Position numbers and translations under genes: made by a program
From: Planctomycetales bacterium
Lineage (GTDB): Bacteria > 4484-113
Assembly: GCA_037441675.1 (NCBI GenBank)
Contig: JBBIRS010000005.1
Coordinates: 94,731 to 158,730, forward strand
Length of the DNA: 64,000 bases
Reading direction: 5' to 3'
In this document: piece after piece, positions 18,439-27,786 of the stretch
Layout of the letters: each line of letters starts with the position of its first letter
Position numbering within the stretch: position 1 is the stretch's first letter
The notes under the pieces: generated by a model
Database searches by the model: none
Told to the model about the DNA's origin: nothing
The model's input: only the letters and a program-made list of their open reading frames with translations

Positions 18439-19546
18439 CTCTTTTCAACCAATAATCTTTTACCATCCGCAAAAATTTTCTACTTTCGCTTGGTTCCGCC
18501 ATTGCTGATATAACAGCAATACCGCTTGCCCCAGCCTTTAACACTTTATCAAAGTTTCCTTCGTTAATCCCGCCAATTGCTATCACTGGTGTGTTAACTG
18601 CTTTAACAATTCTCCTCAGTTGAGATAAACCTATAACTTTTGAATGAGGCTTAGTCTTGGATTGATAAACGCTTCCAACACCCAAATAATCCACGCCAGA
18701 GTTAACTTCTCTCAATGCTCCATCCACGTTTCTGACGGTTTTGCCGATAATTAATTCGCAGGCAATTTTTCTTGCATCCTTCGTGGAAATGTCTTCGTCA
18801 CCCAAATGCACTCCATCAGCATTTCCAATAAGCGCAACATCTACTCTGTCATTTACAATCACAATTGAAGCTGGCAATTTATCTTTTAGCTCGCGGGTAA
18901 ACTCAACTATTCTTTTATCGGATAATCCTTTCAACCTAACTTGAACGAGCCTTCCTCCCATTCTGTAAAAAGCCAACGCTAACTCTAATGGCGTCCGCTT
19001 TAACGTATTTTCTTCGCTAATCACTAGACATATTGGCAAATGCTCTAACGCTCGCTCTAAGTTTTTTCTCCTCCTTTCACTTTCTCTATTCTCAAAATTT
19101 TCTTTTATATAGCTTTCCTCTATTTCATAGAGATTAAAGCGAACCTTCCGATATGCCTCTGATTCATTTTGCAGACCTAGAATTTTCAGATACTCTTCAA
19201 GATTTCTTCCTGCTTCCTGAGCACGCTTGAAATTCGCGGAGATAATTTCTCCAGTTTTTGGCTTGCGCATTTTGCTGGTTTCTGATTGTGAAATTTTATA
19301 CTTTACGAAGCGGTCACTAGGCTTTCCTGCGTCATGGGATAAATCCCTTGCAAGGGATATTTTTGGTGAAAGCTTTTTTCGCAGTTTTTTCTCAAGGTTG
19401 CCGGAATGATGGGTCAGCATTCTCACTTTCTTAAAGAGCATTTGAAAGGACTGTGTATATCTGAAGTAATCCTGAATCACCCTAAGCCCTTCACGGAGGC
19501 GGTTCAAATTTGCGTCGATAATTTGCAGAACCTTTAGTTCATTCAC
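18422..19546 (-). CDS. thiE: Thiamine-phosphate synthase with N-terminal ThiD2-type extension
   Basis: IIDANLNRLREGLRVI N-domain; QVRLK, VNDRVD, GVHLG, AIGGI. Confidence 0.92.
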   Translation of the reverse strand: MNELKVLQIIDANLNRLREGLRVIQDYFRYTQSFQMLFKKVRMLTHHSGNLEKKLRKKLSPKISLARDLSHDAGKPSDRFVKYKISQSETSKMRKPKTGEIISANFKRAQEAGRNLEEYLKILGLQNESEAYRKVRFNLYEIEESYIKENFENRESERRRKNLERALEHLPICLVISEENTLKRTPLELALAFYRMGGRLVQVRLKGLSDKRIVEFTRELKDKLPASIVIVNDRVDVALIGNADGVHLGDEDISTKDARKIACELIIGKTVRNVDGALREVNSGVDYLGVGSVYQSKTKPHSKVIGLSQLRRIVKAVNTPVIAIGGINEGNFDKVLKAGASGIAVISAMAEPSESRKFLRMVKDYWLKRDETKS

Positions 19547-19578
19547 AGGCTAATTCTAGCATTCACGGCGAGAAGCTT

Positions 19579-20499
19579 CTAGTGAAGCTCCGCAAGCCAG
19601 ATATTTCTGGAAAGAGTGGCTTGAAGATTAAAGATTTCTGTACCTTTGATTATTTGGCATCCTGCGAGGCTTGCACTTTCAAGTAACCGAGTCATCTCTG
19701 GATTGTACACTAAGTCCAAAACCGCTCGGAACATCTTGAAGAAGTTCGGGTGATCAATTATAACTTCGGTAGAATTTGGGAATAGCCCAACCGGAGTGGC
19801 GTTAACAAGTAGGTCAAACTTTTTGGTATCATCTTCTTCCAGCCTTTCATTTAGCCCTCCCGCGTGCCACATTTCACAAAGCTTCTCGTCAATGTTGAAC
19901 CCCAAATCATTCTTGCCTGGAGAGAAAATCTCTTTGTCACGCGCCCATGTAAAGAATTTATGCAAATAATTTAGCGGAGTGAAAACCACGATAACCCCTA
20001 GATTCTTAGCCAAATCCGCAATTTTAGTTTGCCTTTTACTTGAGCGGTAAGCCACCACGAAACGGCTCGCGCCAAGTTTGTTAAGCGCAAAAATGGCAGA
20101 CCTGCTCGCCCCACCCGTTCCTATTATGAAACAAGTCTCAATTGACTTTACGCCGTTTGCTTCTAGGGCATCAATAATGGCTGGGACGTCCGTGTTGTCT
20201 CCAACTAGACTTTGATCGTTCCGTTTTGTGACTGTATTTACTGCGGACACTATACGGGAGGTTGCCGAAAAATAATTCAGGTGAGCTAATATCTCTTCTT
20301 TGTAGGGGATGGTTACGTTCGCTCCCAGAAAATCGGGGCGGTTCATTATTTCTTCAACTTTTGCGTGAAACTCTTCCGGCGCTAAGTCGCATGCTTCATA
20401 GATTACTGGGACACCTAGCTGTTGAAAGGCTTCGTTATGAACTTGTGGGGAGAGGGTATGGGATAGTGGATGACCGAAAAGGTAAACTTTTTTAACCAC
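19579..20499 (-). CDS. aroE: Shikimate dehydrogenase
   Basis: HTLSP, GANVTIPYK, AVNT, NTD, GTGGA, NATPVG, DLVYNP. Confidence 0.93.
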   Translation of the reverse strand: MVKKVYLFGHPLSHTLSPQVHNEAFQQLGVPVIYEACDLAPEEFHAKVEEIMNRPDFLGANVTIPYKEEILAHLNYFSATSRIVSAVNTVTKRNDQSLVGDNTDVPAIIDALEANGVKSIETCFIIGTGGASRSAIFALNKLGASRFVVAYRSSKRQTKIADLAKNLGVIVVFTPLNYLHKFFTWARDKEIFSPGKNDLGFNIDEKLCEMWHAGGLNERLEEDDTKKFDLLVNATPVGLFPNSTEVIIDHPNFFKMFRAVLDLVYNPEMTRLLESASLAGCQIIKGTEIFNLQATLSRNIWLAELH

Positions 20500-20634
20500 T
20501 AGAACCGTAATTATGCTTAAATTTGCGCTCCAAGTAAAGCGTTCGCGTTTTTAGGTGAAGATTTGAAACAGAAATTGACTATAGCACAATTCAAGTGATG
20601 AAGATTACGTTCGCATATTAGTTATAATCAACTA

Positions 20635-21435
20635 GTGCGTTCGGACGCGAGAATCAGGAGGGTATCGGCGCTAGTGTTAAGGTCTGCTCCTTTGTATGAG
20701 AACGACCGTCTGGTAACTTTATTTAATCCCAAAATTGGTGTAGTGAATGCCAGAGCAAAGTCAGCAATGGAAATCAAGTCCCGTCTTGCTCCACGCTTAA
20801 TGCCATTAAACTACGTTTATACGAGTTTAGTTTACACTCGCTCCCTTTATCCCATCGTGAGTAGTGCCGAGCCAATTAGTAGTTTCCACCATTGGCAGAA
20901 GAGTTGGTTACGAATACTTATCTCCTCCTGCTTTCTCAGCCTGCTTATTGAACTTTCCGGGCCTCAGGAGGTTACCTCTCAATTCTTTAGGTTGAGTATC
21001 AATTTGCTTCAGAGTGAGCCTGGGGAAAAGCCAAGGAAAGCTCTTGCGGTGTTTCTCGTGAAGGCTATGCGCATACTTGGTGTCTTGGAGAATCAGAGCC
21101 GATGCGGGATTTGCAACATGCCAATATCAAAAGGTGCAGTTATCTCAACTCCCTCGCTAACACTGTTCTTTTGCGTGAACTGTTTTAATAAAGAGTACTC
21201 TCAGAGAAGCGTTAGCTTTTACAAAATCCCTTCAAACTCCCTAAATAAAATTATTGCTCTGCATCAGCTTCCCTTGTTAGAGTATCAGAAGATTTCTCTC
21301 TCGGGATTTGAGTTGGGATTATTACTTTTAATCTTTACTAATAGAGTTATTGATATGTTTCCAAAAACTATTCGTCTAATCTCACAGCTTTATACGTACG
21401 TTGGCGCTGAAAAGCCTGAACTCACAGGTGGATAG
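20635..21435 (+). CDS. recO: DNA repair protein RecO
   Basis: ALVLR...ENDRLVTLF N-terminal OB fold; CxxC...CxxC zinc motif. Confidence 0.85.
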   Translation: MRSDARIRRVSALVLRSAPLYENDRLVTLFNPKIGVVNARAKSAMEIKSRLAPRLMPLNYVYTSLVYTRSLYPIVSSAEPISSFHHWQKSWLRILISSCFLSLLIELSGPQEVTSQFFRLSINLLQSEPGEKPRKALAVFLVKAMRILGVLENQSRCGICNMPISKGAVISTPSLTLFFCVNCFNKEYSQRSVSFYKIPSNSLNKIIALHQLPLLEYQKISLSGFELGLLLLIFTNRVIDMFPKTIRLISQLYTYVGAEKPELTGG

Positions 21436-21579
21436 ATAGGGTTCTATAGCGTGAAAAATGCTCTGTTCATCAATTATTGCCGATAGGAGTAGACTATCGC
21501 TTTGAAAGTTCAGTTTGAAAGTCCAAAATACAATTTCCATGCTAAGGCAGGATTAAATTGAGACTATAATATAAGGTGT

Positions 21580-22200
21580 TTGTCTACCTATCATTCCAAC
21601 CGAAGGCTTCGTAAAGCCATACACATTCTTGCCGGCTTTCCCAGCTTATCCCTTAAGTATCTCAGTTTTCCTTACGCACTCTTACTTGCGTTCTTTCTGC
21701 TTATCATAGCTATTCTTCTTAGTCCAAAGTGGAAGTTAGTTATTCCGCTCTTGAAAGAGGAGGATAGGGTGAAGGGTTACATTTCCGGAGTAAGGCACTA
21801 CTTTCTTACAGTGTTTATTTTAGTGTTACTGTTTGGTTATTTGAACTCACCCTTTCTTGCTTCGGCGGGATGGTTAGCCCTTGCATTGGGTGATGGCACA
21901 GCTGGACTTGTTGGTAGGCGTGATAGCGCAAAACTGCCCTGGTCACGAAGAAAGACCATAGCTGGCTTCTTCTCCTGTATTGTTTTTACTTTCCTCGCGA
22001 TTTTACTCACTTATCTTTGGTTCTTTTGGGGAGTGGAATTTCCAGCTTTATTCAGACCAAGCAGAATGCTGATGTTTGCTTTAGTAGCTTTTTTGATTGC
22101 AGTCTTTGAATCTATTGACTTCCCCATTGATGATAATTACATTGTCGGGCTGGGAACTGCTTTTTTGTTGCTTCTCCTATTTCAAATTTGGCCTATTTGA
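21580..22200 (+). CDS. Dolichol/phytol kinase-like (CTP transferase family) membrane protein
   Basis: RKAIH, GDGTAGLVG, KTIAG, DDN motifs, multiple TM helices. Confidence 0.8.
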   Translation: MSTYHSNRRLRKAIHILAGFPSLSLKYLSFPYALLLAFFLLIIAILLSPKWKLVIPLLKEEDRVKGYISGVRHYFLTVFILVLLFGYLNSPFLASAGWLALALGDGTAGLVGRRDSAKLPWSRRKTIAGFFSCIVFTFLAILLTYLWFFWGVEFPALFRPSRMLMFALVAFLIAVFESIDFPIDDNYIVGLGTAFLLLLLFQIWPI

Positions 22201-22292
22201 AAGCTCTTATAAAACACTATAGGCAAAACAATTTCTGAATGTATTGTGTGTTAGAATAAATAGTTGGCGATTAAATTTAAGGGAGGAATTAA

Positions 22293-23225
22293 ATGAAAAA
22301 GTTACTTGTATTTTCCTTTGCCTGTATTCTTCTATTATCTTTTCAATCATTTGCTAAACCAAGAATTGGCGTTCCCAAGTTTGGGTTTGACATAGAGAGT
22401 GTTGGGGAGGGTGTGTCAGATGTTTTGGCAAGGGAACTTTACAAATCTGGCAGGTTTGATGTTATAGAGCGCACAGAGCTTGAAACTCTCATCGGCGAGA
22501 TTGACTTTGAGCAATCTGAGTATGTTGAGAAAGAAACTGGTGTGCCATTGGGACAGGTAAAAGGAGTTGACTATTTGCTCATCGGCAAAATAACTTTTTT
22601 TGGTTACGAGGAGAAGGAGAAGGGAGGAGGTGGAGCAATTTTTGGGAAGGTTTTTGGAGGAGCTGGGGTTGAGGCTAAAACCAAGAAAGCCCGCGCGACC
22701 TTTGATATTCGCCTCGTTGAGGTAAAGACCGGTAAAGTCATTTACGCGGAAAGCGCGGAAGGAGTTGAGAGCAAAAAGGGTTTAGCCATTGCAGGTTTTG
22801 GACCCGCATGGCTTGCGGGAGTGAAGTTTGATTCTTCGGAGTTCAGGGACTCAATGATAGGTAAAGCCACGTATAAAGCTGTTGGCGCTGTCCTATTGAA
22901 GCTTTATGAGAAATTTCCACTTGAAGGCGAGGTTATTAAGAGGCTTGAGGACGCTGTAATAATTAACCTTAACGAAGAATCCGGCATAAAAGTTGGAGAT
23001 TTGCTGAAGGTCTACTCCGTTGACGTTATTACAGACGACAAAGGCAATGTCATTTGGGAAGAGAAGAAAGAAATTGGTAGCGTCAAGGTGAAGGCGTTTC
23101 AAGGACAGAATCTGATGGCGGAGATTATAAGCGGAAGAAACAGCATAACAGTGGGAAATAAAGTCGCTCCTGAAAAGCAGACAGTTTATCTTCCTGAGGA
23201 GGCAAGGGAGGAGGAAGAAAAGTAG
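22293..23225 (+). CDS. CsgG/HfaB-family exported protein with FlgT-like C-terminal domain
   Basis: Signal peptide, SGRFDVIER, GVDYLLIGKIT, DIRLVEVKTG; C-terminal IINL...GIKVGD. Confidence 0.82.
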   Translation: MKKLLVFSFACILLLSFQSFAKPRIGVPKFGFDIESVGEGVSDVLARELYKSGRFDVIERTELETLIGEIDFEQSEYVEKETGVPLGQVKGVDYLLIGKITFFGYEEKEKGGGGAIFGKVFGGAGVEAKTKKARATFDIRLVEVKTGKVIYAESAEGVESKKGLAIAGFGPAWLAGVKFDSSEFRDSMIGKATYKAVGAVLLKLYEKFPLEGEVIKRLEDAVIINLNEESGIKVGDLLKVYSVDVITDDKGNVIWEEKKEIGSVKVKAFQGQNLMAEIISGRNSITVGNKVAPEKQTVYLPEEAREEEEK

Positions 23226-23282
23226 TCCATTCACTAATGGTGCTAAATTTATTGCTTGATTGGCTTTTGTTAAAGGCGGATG

Positions 23283-23355
23283 TAGGCCAGGGAGGACTCG
23301 AACCTCCAACCCTCTGATTAAGAGTCAGATGCTCTGCCTGTTGAGCTACTGGCCC
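23283..23355 (-). tRNA. tRNA-Lys(CTT)
   Basis: GGGCCAGTAGCTCAACAGGCAGAGCATCTGACTCTTAATCAGAGGGTTGGAGGTTCGAGTCCTCCCTGGCCTA. Confidence 0.96.
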
Positions 23356-23547
23356 AAATGGAAATAACACCTCGCGTTTAGGCTAATTTATCATTACCTA
23401 AATCTATCGTCAATAAGGTTACGCCTTTGGACGTGGCTCTAAATTAACAAATCTGTTCAGTTTCCTTTGCTTATTGATTAAAAAACTAAAAATGTAATTG
23501 TAAAATCTCTTAAACAAATTCTTATGCCTTATGGTATTATTATGTTA

Positions 23548-23610
23548 GCGGGGGCATCGGATCCTCATCCCCCTCACCACCTCCAGCCGATGCCCCTGCA
23601 TTTTTATTTA
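23548..23610 (+). ncRNA. Candidate small RNA: 13-bp GC stem with 26-nt C-rich loop and U tail
   Basis: TGGTATTAT extended -10 at 23532-23540; stem GCGGGGGCATCGG/CCGATGCCCCTGC; loop ATCCTCATCCCCCTCACCACCTCCAG; TTTTTATTT follows. Confidence 0.5.
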
Positions 23611-23647
23611 GAGCCTTTGGTCATTTCGCGGCATTTACAAGGGGCAT

Positions 23648-24560
23648 CTAACAACTTATATGTACTTTCAATTTTGTTTCTTTAATCACAGCTTCTATGT
23701 AGTCTTTCTTGAGACAAGGGTTCTTCTCTTTCTTCCTCCGATTAAATGCTATCAACGCACTTCGGTCGATGATATATTCTATGTCTGCACCAAAATAGCC
23801 TTCCGATTTTCTAGATAATTCTTTAGTTGCAAAAGAGTTCTCTAATTTTCTATCTGCTTCTCCCGTATAACCCATGATTAGAGTAGGACTAATTTCTACA
23901 AACTTCGCCGTCAATGTCCCTTGCTATAGACATAGATATCATGGTTTTTCCAGTCTGAGGGGGCCTAAAAAGTAACATTCCGCCACCTATCCTAAAGCCT
24001 AGAGAATAGGCAAGTTTCTTGTTTTCAAGAGGAGCAATAATTCTTTCATAGATGAATTTTTCTCATCGCCTAATCCAACAACATCTTCTAATTTGTATTC
24101 GGACAATCTATCAAACAGTTCAGGTTCAGATTCAACCTTATCTTCATCTTCAACAAAAGAAGAATCAAACAGTAATAAAATCCTTTTCGTGTATTCTGGA
24201 CCAACGTATTCTGAGTGGGAAGCTTATATTTCCCACCTTTACAGTCTTTGCGCTTCACAATCCTTCCAATCTTCTCTCCAGCATTGCCAGCCCTTTGCAA
24301 TTTATCACTAACAAGCTTTACTCTTACTTGAACAGGAAATTTTCCATCCAACGCGTCTGGATCAATGTTACGTTATACTTTACTCTCTGCTTGAGAGATA
24401 CCTAGCAATTCATTAGTGTCAATATTCCACAAAAAATCGATGTCTCCCTTCCTGACGTCTTCAAACGTAACCATCCATATTCCGTAACTCTGAACACACC
24501 TTTATCAAGGCATTCCTGTTCTGTGTTCTTTTTGCATACCATAATAAAACAAAGCTTCAT
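23648..24560 (-). pseudogene. Decayed DCD(PUA-like)-domain / AAA+ ATPase fusion
   Basis: Stitched frames: TEQECLDKGVF...KGDIDFLWNIDTNELLGISQAESKV*RNIDPDALDGKFPVQVRVKL; LEDVVGLGDEK; GGMLLFRPPQTGKT (Walker A); IMGYTGEADRKL joined directly to lid SEGYFGADIEYII. Confidence 0.75.
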
Positions 24561-24723
24561 AATCTCATATCCTCACGAAAGATTGGATTATTATCTGGTC
24601 CTTTATAATTTCGGATGAAAAGCTTTAAGTAACAGGAGCGAGTGGTAAACACCAGGCTGTTTAACACTTACTCTTGCAACAGATCTGTTGTTTTCTTACT
24701 TTCGTACACCGCTACTTATAAAA

Positions 24724-24796
24724 TGGGCGCAACAGGACTTGAACCTGTGACCTCTTGCGTGTGAAGCAAGCGCTCTAACCACTGAGCTATGCGCCC
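24724..24796 (-). tRNA. tRNA-Val(CAC)
   Basis: GGGCGCATAGCTCAGTGGTTAGAGCGCTTGCTTCACACGCAAGAGGTCACAGGTTCAAGTCCTGTTGCGCCCA. Confidence 0.96.
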
Positions 24797-24982
24797 AATT
24801 TGATACTAATTGATTTAGATTATAACACTCGTTTTTTTGTATACTATTTATGTAGCGAAGAGTTTAGAATGAAGGAATTAGTTATATATAATCCCATTGT
24901 AGGAGGGTAGCAAAGCGATTCAATTCTTTTTTATGGTTTATGCTAATATTAAAGTCTTGTCGCTCTTGGAGGCAATCTTCTA

Positions 24983-27238
24983 GTGAAAGTTTCTAAGTAT
25001 TCTCAAGTTTCAATTCAATCCCTACTGAGACGAGTAAGCGCTTTGGATGTTTTCAAAGCTCTCGGGGCCAATGATGATTCAGTAATTGAAAGCAAGGATT
25101 CAATCCGCTCAAGGTGTTTTTTGCATAACGATGCCGATGCCTTTTCCCTCACCTCAGAAAAGGACACTCACTCTACTTATTGTTTAGACCTAAGTTGTCG
25201 TTTGTCTCGGTTAAATGATGGTGGTGGTAATTACTTTGAAACTTACGCATATATTAAGGGAATTTCCTACGATGAGGCGTTAGAATACTGGGCAAGACAA
25301 GCTAATGTAACGTTAGAGTTGAGAAGCGAGGAAGAGACAGCATCCCAGAGGGACATATCATACTTTAACTATATTGAAGTAGCCCGTTTTGAGTTAGAAG
25401 ATATCGCAGAAGGAGGCGAGAGAACCTACAAGCCCCTTCAAATTGTTTTTGAAGGGAAAGAAACGCTTGGTAGGGGGTTAATTGTTCAACAGTCAAGACT
25501 TCCAGATCTCTTGGAAAAGTATCCAACCAATATTTACCGAAGCCAATTCCTTTACGAGTTGAATGATAAGGATGCCATAATTGAAGAGGCATTGCGTGGC
25601 GAACTTTACCTGCTTGGCAATTACTATCTAATTTTTGACGCGACCTCGAGCGCAGCGATAGTGCACGCAATTAACCAAGCAACTGAGCTGGTTGAGAAAC
25701 TTCATGCTGAGTACGATGTGCCATTTGAGGCTGTGTCAATATATTACTCTGATAGACCCATCAAGGTTGAGATTGATTACACTGTTTTCGGTGTTGTCCC
25801 ACGTCAGAAATTAGATAAAGTTTTCTATGAGATGACTCGGATACTAATTGGAAATGAAGAGGAGAGGGAAAAGCGATACTCTCAGCTTAGCTTAAAGTGC
25901 TATACGTATGACTTTCTTACCGCTGTTCCTGGTTCACGCACATCTACAAGGGGCAGGGACGTTTACAAGATCCGACTTCCTTATCATATATTCAAGAAGA
26001 CTTCTTACCAGAGGCTTCACGAGCTTTCTCAGAAGAAACCTGAACTAGCGCCAAAGGAAATGGTAGACAGAGTTTCGCCGAAAGCGCGAGAACTATTTGA
26101 AAGAGCGGTGAGAATCGTTCAAGGGGAAGGAGTGGAGGAGGAGCGCGAGACCATTGCAACTATGTTTTATCGTGACTTGGAGCGCCCAGATCACCTTGCC
26201 TCTGCGGATACTCTTGCGAAGACTTTGCTTAAGCGATTGTTCTCTGAAAACCGTCAAATTCTCGCAACTCCTAGCGCCTACTTCAACAGCCTTCTCGGTG
26301 GTGGTTTTTACCCAGGAAGTCTTTATCTTTTCGCGGGCTTTCCGGGAACGGGTATCACTTCTTTTTCGCTTTGGTTGCTTCTAAAAATTGCGGAACAGTA
26401 TAAGGCTCCTTGCCTCTATGTTTCTCTTCAGGTAGGCATTGAAGAGCTCTTTAAGCGTTCTATTTCTATGATTGGGAGAATAGGTCTTCATGAAATTTCC
26501 AAAAAGAGGATGGTTCCCTCTGAGCTTTACACCGATACAGATTTTTATAAGAAAGTCTTCTCCGCCTATGAGAAGTTTCAGGAGATAGCAAAAAATGTTA
26601 CCTTCCTAGAGGGTATCAAGATGGCGAATACCGGGCAGATTCGCCGTGCCATATCGGAGTTAAAGGAACGAACCCAGGGGCAGAATGGTAGAGGTAATGT
26701 TTTTGTTGTTATTGATTCACTTCAGCTTCTACTAGCCCAGATGCGAGCTCTGGGAGAAGGCATAATTGGCGGATACGATATCCAAGCTTTAACGGGAGTA
26801 CTCAAGTCTATAGCTCGCGAACTTGACGTTACAATTTATGTTACTTCTGAGTTTTACGGTGATTACAGTTTTCATTCAGCCTTAAAACGAGCCGAGAATG
26901 TGGAGTTAATGTCCCTATATGAGAACACTCAATTTGTGGATTGCGTGGGAGTTTTGTCCTCAATCGGTTGTTGCCTAGGGCCGCTTATCTCCTTCTTTGA
27001 AGGATACCGCGGTACACTGAATGAGGATGAGGCTAAGAAAACTGTTTCAATTCTTAAGAAGGTTGAGGCGGATTTTAAGGCTTCGGACGTAGGCAAAAGG
27101 CAGAACAGCGTTTTCACCATAGTTGATATTATTAAGAACAGAGGAGGGCTCACCGGCAAAGCACTTTTCATTTACCACAGGTCTTACGCCGACTTTGAGC
27201 CAGTTGAGTATCCTATGCTATCTGAAAATGGCGGTTAA
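24983..27238 (+). CDS. CHC2 zinc finger + AEP-like + DnaB-like helicase fusion with degenerate catalytic motifs
   Basis: CFLH...CLDLSC; LIFD / IYYSDRPIK / VPGS..YKIRL; GGFYPGSLYLFAGFPGTGITS, VSLQV, VIDSLQLL, LKSIARELDV, IIKNRGG. Confidence 0.75.
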   Translation: MKVSKYSQVSIQSLLRRVSALDVFKALGANDDSVIESKDSIRSRCFLHNDADAFSLTSEKDTHSTYCLDLSCRLSRLNDGGGNYFETYAYIKGISYDEALEYWARQANVTLELRSEEETASQRDISYFNYIEVARFELEDIAEGGERTYKPLQIVFEGKETLGRGLIVQQSRLPDLLEKYPTNIYRSQFLYELNDKDAIIEEALRGELYLLGNYYLIFDATSSAAIVHAINQATELVEKLHAEYDVPFEAVSIYYSDRPIKVEIDYTVFGVVPRQKLDKVFYEMTRILIGNEEEREKRYSQLSLKCYTYDFLTAVPGSRTSTRGRDVYKIRLPYHIFKKTSYQRLHELSQKKPELAPKEMVDRVSPKARELFERAVRIVQGEGVEEERETIATMFYRDLERPDHLASADTLAKTLLKRLFSENRQILATPSAYFNSLLGGGFYPGSLYLFAGFPGTGITSFSLWLLLKIAEQYKAPCLYVSLQVGIEELFKRSISMIGRIGLHEISKKRMVPSELYTDTDFYKKVFSAYEKFQEIAKNVTFLEGIKMANTGQIRRAISELKERTQGQNGRGNVFVVIDSLQLLLAQMRALGEGIIGGYDIQALTGVLKSIARELDVTIYVTSEFYGDYSFHSALKRAENVELMSLYENTQFVDCVGVLSSIGCCLGPLISFFEGYRGTLNEDEAKKTVSILKKVEADFKASDVGKRQNSVFTIVDIIKNRGGLTGKALFIYHRSYADFEPVEYPMLSENGG

Positions 27239-27396
27239 TCTCCTAAATTGGGTAAGATAAAGTATCCATTGTAAGTGGCATTCTTCTCTTCATTTGGCTA
27301 GTAGTAACAATTAAATCTCAAAGCTTAGCTTATTAAGGTCAGAAATTGCTCCCTATAAAGATAAGCTGTGAAAGCTATGATAAAATATTTCTTGGC

Positions 27397-27469
27397 GGGG
27401 GTGTAGCTCAGTCGGCAGAGCGTCTGCTTTGCACGCAGAAGGTCAGCGGTTCGAATCCGCTCACCTCCA
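27397..27469 (+). tRNA. tRNA-Ala(TGC)
   Basis: GGGGGTGTAGCTCAGTCGGCAGAGCGTCTGCTTTGCACGCAGAAGGTCAGCGGTTCGAATCCGCTCACCTCCA; G3:U70 pair present. Confidence 0.96.
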
Positions 27470-27504
27470 GAAGTAATTACTTATGAGAAAGAATTAGCCG
27501 ACCC

Positions 27505-27771
27505 ATGGAAAGCGTTGATCCAACAGTAAGGGCGTACTTTGATCTTGCTTTGAATCATTACAATCGTGGTGATTTTTTGAAAGCAGCTGACCAGTGGCGG
27601 TTAGTGTTAAGTAGAGACCCAAACTTTGTAGATGCCCATAAGTACCTTGCTTTAACTTACGAAAAGTTGGGCTGGCAACATAGGGCAAAGAAACAGTGGC
27701 AAGAGTATCTAAAACTTGAAAAGGACCCGGTTACACGAAGTAACATCGAGAAAAGACTTGCAAATCTCTAA
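27505..27771 (+). CDS. Small tetratricopeptide-repeat protein
   Basis: AYFDLALNHYNRGDFLKAADQWRLVLSRDPNFVDAHKYLALTYEKLG TPR pattern. Confidence 0.85.
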   Translation: MESVDPTVRAYFDLALNHYNRGDFLKAADQWRLVLSRDPNFVDAHKYLALTYEKLGWQHRAKKQWQEYLKLEKDPVTRSNIEKRLANL

Positions 27772-27786
27772 GGAGAGCTTTTATCC

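Noticed and set aside
19547..19578. TPP riboswitch upstream of thiE-thiS
   Set aside because: Only 32 bp separate aroE and thiE, holding a -10 box; no room for the aptamer and no consensus match
22893..23370. Minus-strand ORFs of 138 and 81 aa
   Set aside because: They overlap tRNA-Lys and are antisense to the CsgG-like gene
24052..24405. Short ORFs at 24052, 24088 and 24093 as independent genes
   Set aside because: Fragments or antisense shadows of the DCD-AAA pseudogene
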